In this document: piece by piece, positions 27,744-37,282 of the stretch
Numbering within the stretch: the stretch's first letter is position 1
Layout: every line of letters starts with the position of its first letter
Source of the DNA: Methanoregulaceae archaeon PtaB.Bin056
Lineage (GTDB): Archaea > Halobacteriota > Methanomicrobia > Methanomicrobiales > Methanospirillaceae
Reading direction: 5' to 3'
Length of the DNA: 64,000 bases
NCBI GenBank assembly: GCA_002067095.1
Contig: MVQD01000038.1
Location: 25,959 to 89,958, forward strand
Notes under the pieces: model-generated
The model's input: only the letters and a program-made list of their open reading frames with translations
Told to the model about the DNA's origin: nothing
Database searches by the model: none
Program-made: the position numbers and the translations under genes

Positions 27744-28688
27744 ATGAGGCAGCAGATCCTGATATCCGGGGGACTTATCTTCTTATCGGCGCTCCTGGCC
27801 GGTGCACAACACCTTTTCGATGGCCCTGCGGTCACCAATCTCTTCTTTACCTCGCTTGTCCTTGCCGCTTCGTACCTGGTCTTCTCAATACTCCTCGGAC
27901 AGGTAGTGGTAAGGCGTATCCAGGACCAGAAGACCAGGTATACCGCACGAAAGGTCCTCTCCATCCTCTCGATTGTCGTCATCCTTGTTGCAAGCCTCCG
28001 GATATGGATTACGGACACCTCCTCGCTCATTGTGTCGTACGGAATCATAGGGGCGGCGCTCGCGTTTGCGGTCCAGGACGTCTTCAAAAATTTTGTCGGA
28101 GGAATCCTCATCATTGTCTCAGGGTATTTCAGGGTCGGCGATCGCATCTCGATCGGCGACCATGTCGGAGATGTCATGGACATCGGGATCATGAATACGA
28201 CCATGATGGAGATCAGGGGATGGGTGAAGGGCGATCAACCATCAGGGAGGCTGGTCGTCGTCCCGAATGCGCAGGTGATAAACCATGTCTTTTTCAACTA
28301 TACCAGGGACCACTCGTTTGTCTGGGACGAGATCCCGATCCCTCTCACTTACGACAGTGACTGGAGGAAGGCCCGTGGCATAATCCTTTCAATACTGAAA
28401 CATGAGACCGATACCATGACCGGGCAGGCGGAGGCCGAGATCGAGCGGATAGGAGAGAAGTATTTCCTGCCAAGGAAAGTGGTCGAACCTTCTGTCTATC
28501 TCTCTCTCACGGATAACTGGATACTGCTCGAGGCACGGTACGTAGCCGACACCCGGACCCGGCGGATCCTCCGCTCTCGGTTGAGCGAACTGATACTGGC
28601 CGCACTCGAGAAAGAGGAGACGATCACCATCGCTTCCGAGACCATGACCGTGACCACGATCACCGGGCAATATCCTCAAACATTGTGA
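27744..28688 (+). CDS. small-conductance mechanosensitive channel (MscS family)
   Basis: 314 aa with 3 N-terminal TM helices. FRVGDRISIGDHVGDVMDIGIMNTTM is the conserved beta-domain motif. Confidence 0.85.
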   Translation: MRQQILISGGLIFLSALLAGAQHLFDGPAVTNLFFTSLVLAASYLVFSILLGQVVVRRIQDQKTRYTARKVLSILSIVVILVASLRIWITDTSSLIVSYGIIGAALAFAVQDVFKNFVGGILIIVSGYFRVGDRISIGDHVGDVMDIGIMNTTMMEIRGWVKGDQPSGRLVVVPNAQVINHVFFNYTRDHSFVWDEIPIPLTYDSDWRKARGIILSILKHETDTMTGQAEAEIERIGEKYFLPRKVVEPSVYLSLTDNWILLEARYVADTRTRRILRSRLSELILAALEKEETITIASETMTVTTITGQYPQTL

Positions 28689-28789
28689 GAAGCGAAGGAT
28701 ACATTCGCGCAAGGATCTCTTTTCAGACCATCCTTTGCTTATAAGAATGTGAACGCAACACCTGTACCCTATTATAAGGAGATGGACGT

Positions 28790-29284
28790 TTGCCGGAATT
28801 CACTCTCCTCCCCCTGGCCGGATCTGACAAGAACGAGGTAGTTGACCTCTTCAACTATTACGTAAAAACCAGTTTCGCGGCATTCCCGGAGAACCCTGTG
28901 CCGTATGAATTTTATGACATGCTGATGCAGGCAGCCCATGGCTACCCTTCAGTTGCCGCCCGAGAAAGGAACGGTGCACTGGCAGGGTTTGGAATGCTCC
29001 GCCCCTATAACCCTCTGCCTGCGTTTGCCCATACCGCCGAAGTCACGTTCTTCATTTGGCCTGAAGTGACCGGAAGGGGTCTTGGGACATTGATGCTGCG
29101 GTATCTCGAAGAGGAGGGAAAGAAACGGGGCATTTCCGTCATCCTTGCACATGTCTCTTCCCGCAACGAAGGCAGCATCCGTTTCCACGCAAAAAACGGG
29201 TTCTCAATAGTGGGGCGGTTTGCCGGGGTAGGACAAAAGCATGGGATACTCTTTGACTCAATATGGATGGAGAAGCAGTTGTGA
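28790..29284 (+). CDS. GNAT N-acetyltransferase (phosphinothricin acetyltransferase-like)
   Basis: TTG start. VTGRGLGTLMLRYLEEEGKKRGI is the acetyl-CoA-binding motif. Confidence 0.8.
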   Translation: MPEFTLLPLAGSDKNEVVDLFNYYVKTSFAAFPENPVPYEFYDMLMQAAHGYPSVAARERNGALAGFGMLRPYNPLPAFAHTAEVTFFIWPEVTGRGLGTLMLRYLEEEGKKRGISVILAHVSSRNEGSIRFHAKNGFSIVGRFAGVGQKHGILFDSIWMEKQL

Positions 29285-29460
29285 AGAAATCTCACCCCGC
29301 CAGGGAAGCCGGAGAAAGAGGACAACTGGGAGAATGGACGTATTCTTCTGGTTAATCAGAACAAAAAAACGTAGAGATAGGTACCAATCATCGCCGCAAG
29401 GTCCTGCCTTTCATTGCGATCTATTATCTCCTTTGTATCAAGAGAGGTATCATGATCTGA

Positions 29461-29943
29461 ATGGGAAAACGAACCTGTGCCTGGATTATCATGCTGGTAT
29501 TTGCGTTGGGTCTTCTGGCAGGTCTTGGTCTCTCTCCACTGTTATTCTCACAACAACCACATACTGAAAAGATCATCATCGTCAGTAGAGATGCGCCTAT
29601 GCCTGTCGGCCCTTACCACCAGGCAGTCAGGTATGGCGATCTTGTATTCCTCTCGGGCCAGATCGGTCTTCACCCCGTGACTGGTGCACTTGCAGTGACC
29701 ACTGAAGATCAGACCGTGCAGGTGATGGAGAACCTGAAAGCGATACTCCGGGAATGCCAGCTTGATTTTTCTGATGTCGTTCAGGCAAGGATCTACTTCA
29801 CCAATGCATCAGACTGGGATACCATCAACAAGGTATATGAGCAGTATTTTGGGGGGGTATACCCGGCAAGAGCTGCAGTGAATGTTGCAGGACTGCCAAA
29901 GGGTGCGAAGGTTGAGATCGAGATGATTGCACGGGTTCGCTGA
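29461..29943 (+). CDS. RidA/YjgF family protein with N-terminal hydrophobic extension
   Basis: APMPVGPYHQAVRYGDLVFLSGQIG and PARAAVNVAGLPKGAKVEIE are RidA hallmarks. They are preceded by AWIIMLVFALGLLAGLGLSPLLF. Confidence 0.8.
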   Translation: MGKRTCAWIIMLVFALGLLAGLGLSPLLFSQQPHTEKIIIVSRDAPMPVGPYHQAVRYGDLVFLSGQIGLHPVTGALAVTTEDQTVQVMENLKAILRECQLDFSDVVQARIYFTNASDWDTINKVYEQYFGGVYPARAAVNVAGLPKGAKVEIEMIARVR

Positions 29944-30146
29944 AATTCCGTTTCAGAACACTTGCCACTGTAGACGCTGGCCGGTCTTTATCAATGATCC
30001 TCCCATGGATACCCATCTTTCGGGGGTAAAATCAGGGAACCTTTCTCCCAGATCGTGCGGGCCTCGCGATATTGAGATGAATACCCATATTTCGGCGTTT
30101 TAATCACGGAACATTTGAAAGGGATGAAAGTGATATCTTCTTTTGA

Positions 30147-31196
30147 ATGCTCCCTGAAGAGTGGTCATCCGGTTCCCGTACCCTTGTGCTCGCAGGATTC
30201 TTCTTTCTCGTGGTCATTGGTCTCAAGTTCTGTGCCTACGTCATCACAATCATCGTTATCTCCCTCATCCTCACCCTCATCGCCTGCCCTGCAATGGACC
30301 GGATGAGAAAGAGAGGTATCCCCGATATCGTATCGGTGACTGTCCTGACTCTTGTTGCAATCGCGGCAGTCCTCGCGCTCATCGGCATCTCTCTCTACTC
30401 GTTTGGAGTCCTGATGCACGATCTCCCACTCTACCAGGCGGAACTCAACCAGCGGGTGGCGCAGATCTCGGGGATGCTTGCCGGCCACGGACTTCCGTCG
30501 GGTGTCATCCCCTCTTCTCCTGACCTTGGCTCCCTTGTCGGGCTCATCCTCTCTTCCGCAATGAACCTCTCAGACCTCCTTCTCTACCTCTTCTTCATCG
30601 CGGTCACCACGTTTTTCATGCTGCTCGAGGCACCCCACATCGCGGAGAGGCTCACCCGCCTGCCCGGAATCGATAAGGCAAAGACCGCCCGCCTCTCGCG
30701 GATGAGCCGGTACATGATAGATTTCGTGGTGGTCAGGACCGAGACAAACCTTGTCCACGGCGTCCTCTTTGGGGGGTCCCTCTATGCGATGGGGGTCCAT
30801 GCCGCAGTGTTATGGGGAGTGCTGACCTTCGTGCTCTCGTACATCCCGTTCATCGGCCTCATCATCGCGGCAATCCCTGCCATCTTCTTTGCCTGGCTGC
30901 AGTTCGGCCTGTGGGGCGCTGCGGCAGTCCTCGCGATCGTCTGCATACTGAACCTTGTCGTCGAGAACCCCGTATTCTCCTACTTTGCTTCAAGGAAGTT
31001 TGAGATCCCTGCGCTGCTCGTGATACTCTCCGTCATATTCTGGGGGTGGCTCCTTGGGATCGCGGGGATGGTCTTTGCAGTCCCTCTCACCCTGATGGTC
31101 CTTATCGGGATCCAGTACAGCGACGACCTTGCGTGGGTAAATACCCTGCTCGGCGTGGACAGGATCTTTGGATGCGAGGAGAAAGGGAATCCATGA
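30147..31196 (+). CDS. AI-2E family transporter (PerM-like permease)
   Basis: 349-aa polytopic ORF. The C-terminal GWLLGIAGMVFAVPLT motif is typical of the family. Confidence 0.8.
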   Translation: MLPEEWSSGSRTLVLAGFFFLVVIGLKFCAYVITIIVISLILTLIACPAMDRMRKRGIPDIVSVTVLTLVAIAAVLALIGISLYSFGVLMHDLPLYQAELNQRVAQISGMLAGHGLPSGVIPSSPDLGSLVGLILSSAMNLSDLLLYLFFIAVTTFFMLLEAPHIAERLTRLPGIDKAKTARLSRMSRYMIDFVVVRTETNLVHGVLFGGSLYAMGVHAAVLWGVLTFVLSYIPFIGLIIAAIPAIFFAWLQFGLWGAAAVLAIVCILNLVVENPVFSYFASRKFEIPALLVILSVIFWGWLLGIAGMVFAVPLTLMVLIGIQYSDDLAWVNTLLGVDRIFGCEEKGNP

Positions 31197-31347
31197 ACCA
31201 TTCGCCTCCCTGCCGCAAGACCCCTTTTCAGGGAGGGTCCGCCCGATGCACGCGCATTCCAGAATATCAGAAAGGAAAGGTGATTATTAGGTCCACTTTT
31301 TTGGCCGGAAGTGTCCGCCTTTTCCCTCATGAACCAATGATCATAGC

Positions 31348-32037
31348 ATGAATTACCCTCGAGAGACCGAAATTGGAAAAGTCCTGACTGAGGGTGGGAT
31401 TCACGGAGGCAGGATTTGCATCCGGCCCCTCACCCATGAGACCGCGGATGCCACGGCTGAACTCTATACCCGGGTCTTTCTCAACGATGAACCGATGACC
31501 CGCCGCCACGGGATCGATCCTGACGAATTTCTTCCTTTTGCATGTGAATACCTCCGTTTCTGCGCAGATCGAGGTCTGAGTGTTATTGCGACCGACAGGA
31601 TGACCGACGAGGTGATCGCATTTGTTCTCTCAAGTGACCTGACCACGGACTGGAACGCTGCAGGCCCGCGCATTGGAAGGCTGCTCTCATTTTTCCAGGA
31701 GAGCATGGAAATTATCGAAGAACTGGAATCACAATGCATGGATCTTCATGATGTCGCCCCAGGAACCGTCCTCCATATATTCCAGGTGGGTGCCCGGCGA
31801 AGGTACCGTGGGAAAGGCCTTGTCACCTGCATGGTCCGGCACACCCTCGCAATGGCAAAAGAAAAAGGGTTCACGATGGTCGTTGCGGACTGTACGGGGC
31901 CCGCATCAACGCGCGTCTGTGAACGATGCGGGTTCGTTCGTGCGGCATATATCGCCTATGATGAATTTTTTGTCAATGGCCGGGCGTTCTTTTCCGGCAT
32001 TCCCGGCGGGATAACCCTGATGGTCCGGAATCTCTGA
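31348..32037 (+). CDS. GNAT-family acetyltransferase
   Basis: QVGARRRYRGKGLVTCMVRHTLAMAKEKGF is an acetyl-CoA-binding (R/Q-x-x-G-x-G/A) motif. Confidence 0.7.
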   Translation: MNYPRETEIGKVLTEGGIHGGRICIRPLTHETADATAELYTRVFLNDEPMTRRHGIDPDEFLPFACEYLRFCADRGLSVIATDRMTDEVIAFVLSSDLTTDWNAAGPRIGRLLSFFQESMEIIEELESQCMDLHDVAPGTVLHIFQVGARRRYRGKGLVTCMVRHTLAMAKEKGFTMVVADCTGPASTRVCERCGFVRAAYIAYDEFFVNGRAFFSGIPGGITLMVRNL

Positions 32038-32501
32038 CCCTGACCTGAGAACGCCCCACAACACCAATCCTGTTTTCGTTCCAGTGGGGATGACCTGGCA
32101 GTGCTGCCCGGGCCGCCTGCCCCCCATGACATGTTCGAGATTCTCGGAAACGGCGTCTTTGCATTCATCATGACGCTGGTCGAAGAGAACAACTTCCCCA
32201 TTCCAGGGCTGGTCAATGCCGATGGCCTGCCCTTTTTGATCCTGTATGTCAACCAGATCACCAGCGATAGGATTGTGTTGGTTTTCCTTCATCATCATGG
32301 CAGTCTGCTACATTCTCATCTTCAAGATATTGCGGCATATGCGGGTCCTGGACCGGGGATTTATGTACTTCTCTAATTCGGATGTCTCCTCTGCCTGTAA
32401 GAGGTCTCACATATTGACGAATCTCAGTCTTTTTTTTTGAGGAGCCAATTCAGGCATTACTCGCTCTCGCCTGAATCGACCATAGATTTATTAACTCCCT
32501 C

Positions 32502-32894
32502 ATGAAAGCCACACATATGTCAGAAAGACCATTGGGAGTCACCATTATTGGCATCCTCTGGATCATTGGAGGATTGCTCTTGTTACTTGCCGGACTTGGC
32601 CTTGCCGCTCTCGGTGCGGTGATTGCCGGCCCTATTGGAGGCGTGGTGGGACTGGCGCTGGGCTTTGTCCTGATCATCATCGGAATCATCGAGATCCTCC
32701 TTGGGATTGGCTGCTTCAAGGCATGGGGCTGGGTATGGACGGTGGGTGTCATCATCACGATCATAAGCCTCGTCATGGGGATCATCAATCTCTTCTCGGA
32801 CTGGATGTCCGGGCTCGTCAGCATCATCATCTCTGCAATCATCCTCTGGTACCTCTTCCAGGCAAACGTGAAGGCGTATTTCGGGAAGTCCTGA
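32502..32894 (+). CDS. small integral membrane protein, unknown function
   Basis: 130 aa with 4 predicted helices. The antisense ORFs (32450..32842, 32583..32900) are low-complexity shadows. Confidence 0.6.
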   Translation: MKATHMSERPLGVTIIGILWIIGGLLLLLAGLGLAALGAVIAGPIGGVVGLALGFVLIIIGIIEILLGIGCFKAWGWVWTVGVIITIISLVMGIINLFSDWMSGLVSIIISAIILWYLFQANVKAYFGKS

Positions 32895-32990
32895 TCTCAA
32901 GACCCACTCCCTTTTTTGAATTGACGCTTTCCTGGCGGGGTTAAAAGGTATATCTCCCCTTTCTCTCCACCCCCTGATAAGACCGAAGAC

Positions 32991-33626
32991 ATGTGAGCCA
33001 TCGGGTTTCTATATGTGGCAAACCCCTCAATCGTCGGAATCATGAACCCTGTCAGTACTGAGGCGGTATTCCCGATCCTGACTCAAAGGTTCACCCCGGA
33101 GCAGCAAAGAGGGGTGATGCCCAATTCACTTCGTAAATGACTGATAGTGCTGCTATTCTTCTCTCTCACCGGCCTGATCATCTTCGCTGTGCTTGGGCTC
33201 ACCATCCCTGCATTCAAAATTGCAGGGGGCATCCTCCTCGTCTCGTTCCCAACCTGGGTGCTGACGGCAAAAAAGGAGGTGTATTTTCCTGAAGAACTTG
33301 AGAACATCGCAGTCGTGCCACTTGCATTCCCGCTCACCAGCGGTGCCGGGACGATCACGGTGGTGATCCTGATCTCATCACAGGCGGTTGGCATCCTTGA
33401 GAACATGCTGGTGATCGTCGCGGTGCCGGTCGCAATCGCGGCATCTTACACAGGGATGAAGTACTCATCGCGGATACTCAAGTTCATCGGAGAACATGAG
33501 CTGCGGATCATCACCAAGTTTCTTGCAGTTTTTTTCTTTGCCATTGCGATACAGTCCATCCTGAGTGGGATCTCAAATGCCATAATGGACATACTTGCAC
33601 ATCTGGTGGACAAAATAATCAGTTGA
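32991..33626 (+). pseudogene. marC: MarC-family (UPF0056) membrane protein gene with two in-frame TGA codons
   Basis: The ATG at 32991 is followed immediately by a TGA (32994). The same frame continues AIGFLYVANPSIVGIMNPVSTEAVFPILTQRFTPEQQRGVMPNSLRK, then a TGA at 33138, then LIVLLFFSLTG... to 33626 (track ORF 33147..33626). The joined length of about 210 aa matches MarC-family size. Confidence 0.7.
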
Positions 33627-33813
33627 TTCTTGTCGAGACACGAGCATACAAATGAAAATACGCATGATTGAGTTCCGCATCAGCCCTGACAGCTTAATAA
33701 AATGAGTGCATTTTCATAGGGATATCGCGGATGCGATTTTAGTAATCACCAATGAATAAAGAGCGCACTCTCCTGCATGAGCGGTGAAAAACAGACCGGA
33801 GCAAATCGAACGG

Positions 33814-33829
33814 TTTTATACCTATAAAA
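33814..33829 (+). promoter_or_regulatory. tandem TATA-like boxes (TTTTATACCTATAAAA)
   Basis: They lie 24-39 nt upstream of the ATG at 33853. A GAGGT sits at 33843-33847. Confidence 0.4.
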
Positions 33830-33852
33830 TGCCTTTTTAACTGAGGTAATGC

Positions 33853-34641
33853 ATGAAAAACGCAATCGGTCTGATTCTTATCATCTTCCTTGCGGTGGTC
33901 CTGGTACTTGCAGCAGGATGCACCTCGAATCCCTCTCCAGCCCCGCACACCCCGCCTCCTGCCACGAGTGTTGCGACAACTCCCGCCCCCCCGGTTGAAC
34001 AAACCGGGGCAGGCGAGATTGTTCCCCCAGGTATCCCTTCCCCATCCATGTCCCCGAACGCCCTGCCTCAGGTCACCGGTGTCGAGGAGTCGCCCCTCCC
34101 CTCGGCGGAGCCTGAAGGGACTGCTGTCGACACTCTCTCTGAAAGCCCATACGTCCCTCCTCCTGAGGAAGCTGAATTGAAGGGATATCTCCTCAACCCA
34201 TCAGATTTTCCTGAAGGCTACACCCTGGTTCAGGAAGGAGCGATGCTCCCCGGGGATGAAGAGTGCCCGGCCGGCGAGTTCTGCTATCTCGGCGGCTATT
34301 CAATCTCGATGGTCACAGGTGATGATCAGAACACGACACTCGTTGACCAGATGGTCTCGCGCTATACCCTGACTGCAACCAAGGAGACGCTCAATGAAGT
34401 GCTGATGGACCAGTTCCCCGAGATTGCAGATGGCAGCCCTGCCGAGATTCCGGCGCCTCCACTCGGCGATGCAGGGGTAGCGTACCGGTTCGAATTTCCC
34501 TCAACCGAAGCCCCGCTCAATGGATTCCTGGTCATTTTCGGAAGAGGAAACCTGTATGAGATCATCATGATCATCGGCACCGACGCTGACGAACTTCTCG
34601 CATTTGACCTGGCGACCAAGGCCTCGGCGAGATTACCCTGA
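33853..34641 (+). CDS. secreted lipoprotein, unknown function
   Basis: MKNAIGLILIIFLAVVLVLAAGC signal/lipobox, followed by a Pro/Thr/Ser-rich linker and then a globular domain. Confidence 0.65.
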   Translation: MKNAIGLILIIFLAVVLVLAAGCTSNPSPAPHTPPPATSVATTPAPPVEQTGAGEIVPPGIPSPSMSPNALPQVTGVEESPLPSAEPEGTAVDTLSESPYVPPPEEAELKGYLLNPSDFPEGYTLVQEGAMLPGDEECPAGEFCYLGGYSISMVTGDDQNTTLVDQMVSRYTLTATKETLNEVLMDQFPEIADGSPAEIPAPPLGDAGVAYRFEFPSTEAPLNGFLVIFGRGNLYEIIMIIGTDADELLAFDLATKASARLP

Positions 34642-34827
34642 ACACCGGGAAAAAGGGAGAGCATCTCCCCCGGGCTCTCATTCTTTTCAGGGTACCCTTG
34701 TATTGGAAACCGAATTCTCCTCTGTTCCAGACGGCGCCGCAGTTCATTGGCTCTTTTCGGCCGGCAGAATACAGGGAATATACGTCGGAAAAGGATGCCG
34801 GATCCTTCAGATGGTGCCGTATCGTTC

Positions 34828-35439
34828 TCAATCGAGGGTATGGAGTATCTCGCCGAGCCTGATGAAGTCCTCTTCCAGCGCTGCACGGGCAGGAGGGTTG
34901 TGGGTGATCACTGCCGGATGGTAGACCGGTATGATGCTCATCTCCCGTCCCGTATCCTTTTCATTGACTGAAAATCTCTTTCCCCTGACTTCACTGAACG
35001 AAGGAAAGGCAACGCCATACCTTGAAAAGATTGCCGAGGCGGCTACCCTTCCCATCGGGACGAGGATCTCCGGAGACAGGATTGCAATCTGGCGATCGAG
35101 GAAAGGCATGCAGGCTGCAATCTCCTCCTTTACGGGGGCCCGGTTTTTCGGCGGACGGCACTTCACCACGCTGGTGATGAACACCTCTTCCCTCGAGAGA
35201 TCGATTCGGGCGAGAAGATCGGAGAGAATAGCCCCTGCCCTCCCGACAAAAGGCCTCCCGCTCTCATCTTCCTTTTTCCCAGGCCCCTCCCCGATAAGCA
35301 TGACACGGCAGGGGGCAGGGCCTTCGCCGGGAACCGTTTTTATACGCGAGAGAGAGAGCGCGCATTTGCGGCAGGAGCCGATCTGCCCGGCAAGCATCGT
35401 CATTGCATTGAGTGGGGTGCCCGGATTCTCAAATGACAT
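34828..35439 (-). CDS. udg: uracil-DNA glycosylase, family 4
   Basis: Motif A GEGPGKKEDESGRPFVGRAG, N-terminal CRKCAL Fe-S ligands, and the HPA motif near the C-terminus (VYHPAV). Confidence 0.88.
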   Translation of the reverse strand: MSFENPGTPLNAMTMLAGQIGSCRKCALSLSRIKTVPGEGPAPCRVMLIGEGPGKKEDESGRPFVGRAGAILSDLLARIDLSREEVFITSVVKCRPPKNRAPVKEEIAACMPFLDRQIAILSPEILVPMGRVAASAIFSRYGVAFPSFSEVRGKRFSVNEKDTGREMSIIPVYHPAVITHNPPARAALEEDFIRLGEILHTLD

Positions 35440-35688
35440 GGGACATCACCCAGAAGGAACAGGGGTTGATTGAATGAGACGGCAAGTTGTGTGCGGGAAA
35501 CCGGATCGCAAACGGCAGATTTCCGTGCATGGGAAATTGGTTGAATACCATGAAGCAAGGATGCTTCGATCCGGAGCCATGGGGATGTGCCAGGAGGCAT
35601 GAGGCACCTGGCACCTCTTTGACGAGGCCAAGACCAAATATCCCATTATCTCTCATGACAAATATCAAGGCTGAAGTGAACCCGCGCC

Positions 35689-36315
35689 ATGTTCCAGACA
35701 TTCCTCCTCGGCCTTCTCATCGGCCTTACCGGGGCGCTTGTCCCCGGCCCCACACTCGTTGCCACCATCAACTCATCGGCAAGGGGCGGGTGGAGCACTG
35801 GGCCCCGTGTCATGGCAGGTCATGCGGTCATCGAGGCAGCAATCTTCCTCCTCATCATCTTCGGGCTCAGTTCGGTGACCGCTTTACAGCAGTATACGGC
35901 GGTCATCGCGGCAGTCGGGGGCGTCGCACTCCTGGCCTTTGGTATCCTGACCATCAGGGCGGCAGGAGAGTCGGTACCTGAAGGAAGGGCTGACCAGGTG
36001 TTCGCAAACCCATACCTGGCGGGAGCGCTTACCAGCGTCTCTAACCCGTATTTCTGGATGTGGTGGTTCTCGGTCGGCAGTGCACTGGTCCTTGCCGCAG
36101 CACAGAAGGCGTTTCCGTTCGCCCTCGCGTTCCTGATAGGGCACTGGTCGGCCGACTTCGGGTGGTACACCATCGTCTCGACGAGTGTCCACCAGGGACG
36201 GCGGATCTTTGACGAGAGGAGGTACGCCTGGCTACTGCGAGGTTGCGGGCTCTTCCTCATGGCCTTTGGCGCCTATTACCTTGCGACTGCTGGTGCGTGG
36301 GTGCTGGATGGCTGA
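35689..36315 (+). CDS. LysE/RhtB family amino-acid exporter
   Basis: MFQTFLLGLLIGLTGALVPGPTLV is the family's N-terminus. 208 aa with 6 helices. Confidence 0.8.
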   Translation: MFQTFLLGLLIGLTGALVPGPTLVATINSSARGGWSTGPRVMAGHAVIEAAIFLLIIFGLSSVTALQQYTAVIAAVGGVALLAFGILTIRAAGESVPEGRADQVFANPYLAGALTSVSNPYFWMWWFSVGSALVLAAAQKAFPFALAFLIGHWSADFGWYTIVSTSVHQGRRIFDERRYAWLLRGCGLFLMAFGAYYLATAGAWVLDG

Positions 36316-36355
36316 AAAGGCGAATATCCCAAGAGTAAATGTTTTTTATCCTGCG

Positions 36356-37198
36356 TCAAAAGAGGGAGGAGATATCGAGGGGGACACTTCGCCTGCGGTA
36401 ATACAAAAAGAGGTCCTCGCCCCAGGCGACCGCGTCGGGATCGTCGCTGAAGAGGTCGGACGAGCTGTCATAGAGATTGCTGTCCCTCTTGAAGAGTCCA
36501 AGCGAGAGGTTCCTGTCGGTCACAGTAAGGCCCACTCTCAGGCTCTCTCCTGTCACCCATACCTGGAAGTTCTGTGATGACGCAAGGGCTTTCATGTGGC
36601 CTGCATAGGGCTCCTGCTTCAGGATACCGATCACCTCCTCGCTGACGACGAGCTCGACAGGCACTCCCTCGTTGACCTTCTCGGCCAGGAACTGTGCGAG
36701 GCCCGGGCTTGCAACCGATGATATCCCATGGATGTAGCGGGCTTCCTTGATGATGGCAAGGTAATGGGTGTAGACCGAGAACATGTCTACAGTCGTATCG
36801 GTCTGGATATGCGATCCCTGGAGGTCACCGATCCGTGCGAGGAACCTGGGAGGGAGTCCAGAGAGGTCGTGGGTGACCCAGAACTGCTGGTGGGAGGCGA
36901 TCCCCCCCATGAGAGTCACGTAGGCCTTGACCTCGTTGGCAACCACGCGCCCGAGCGTGCTCAGGCGGTATTCGTACCCCTCCGCCTCTACAAGCGCAAG
37001 CGCCTCAAGGTTCCGGATCTTGGGGATAATGGCCTGGGACGTGCTCCCGGTGATGCTCCGGAGTTTCGAGAGCGGGGCCTTGCCCTGGCGCAGGGTCAGC
37101 AGCACCTGTATTTTGAGGCGCGAGTTGTAAATGGAGTGGATCAGCCTGGAATGCTGATGGTAGATCTCCAGGATATCCATACAGGGTACACATGTCAC
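36356..37198 (-). CDS. winged-helix transcriptional regulator with DUF1724-type C-terminal domain
   Basis: The N-terminal RLKIQVLLTLRQGKAPLSKLRSITGSTSQAIIPKIRNLEALALVE is an ArsR-like wHTH. The length of about 275 aa is typical of the methanogen DUF1724 regulator family. An alternative start is MDILEIY (37180). Confidence 0.7.
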   Translation of the reverse strand: MTCVPCMDILEIYHQHSRLIHSIYNSRLKIQVLLTLRQGKAPLSKLRSITGSTSQAIIPKIRNLEALALVEAEGYEYRLSTLGRVVANEVKAYVTLMGGIASHQQFWVTHDLSGLPPRFLARIGDLQGSHIQTDTTVDMFSVYTHYLAIIKEARYIHGISSVASPGLAQFLAEKVNEGVPVELVVSEEVIGILKQEPYAGHMKALASSQNFQVWVTGESLRVGLTVTDRNLSLGLFKRDSNLYDSSSDLFSDDPDAVAWGEDLFLYYRRRSVPLDISSLF

Positions 37199-37282
37199 AA
37201 GCGGTAAAATATGTTATTCGATCGGTATCGGGATAATGCTGCACTGCCCCCAGGTTCAGTTTATCGAGCCTGTTCGCGTGTC

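Noticed and set aside
31906-32298. 130-aa minus-strand ORF (MMMKENQHNPIAGDLVDIQDQKGQAIGIDQPWNGEVVLF...)
   Set aside because: Its first 85 or so residues look vaguely protein-like. However, the ORF runs 130 nt into the convergent GNAT gene, has no recognisable motif, and its tail is clearly GNAT antisense. It may be a remnant, but the evidence is insufficient for a feature call.
33138-33140. Selenocysteine or recoded TGA in the MarC-family gene
   Set aside because: A second in-frame TGA sits at codon 2, an implausible Sec position. MarC proteins are not selenoproteins, and TGA is clearly used as a stop in many overlapping gene junctions in this window. I saw no obvious SECIS-like hairpin. Nonsense mutation is more parsimonious.
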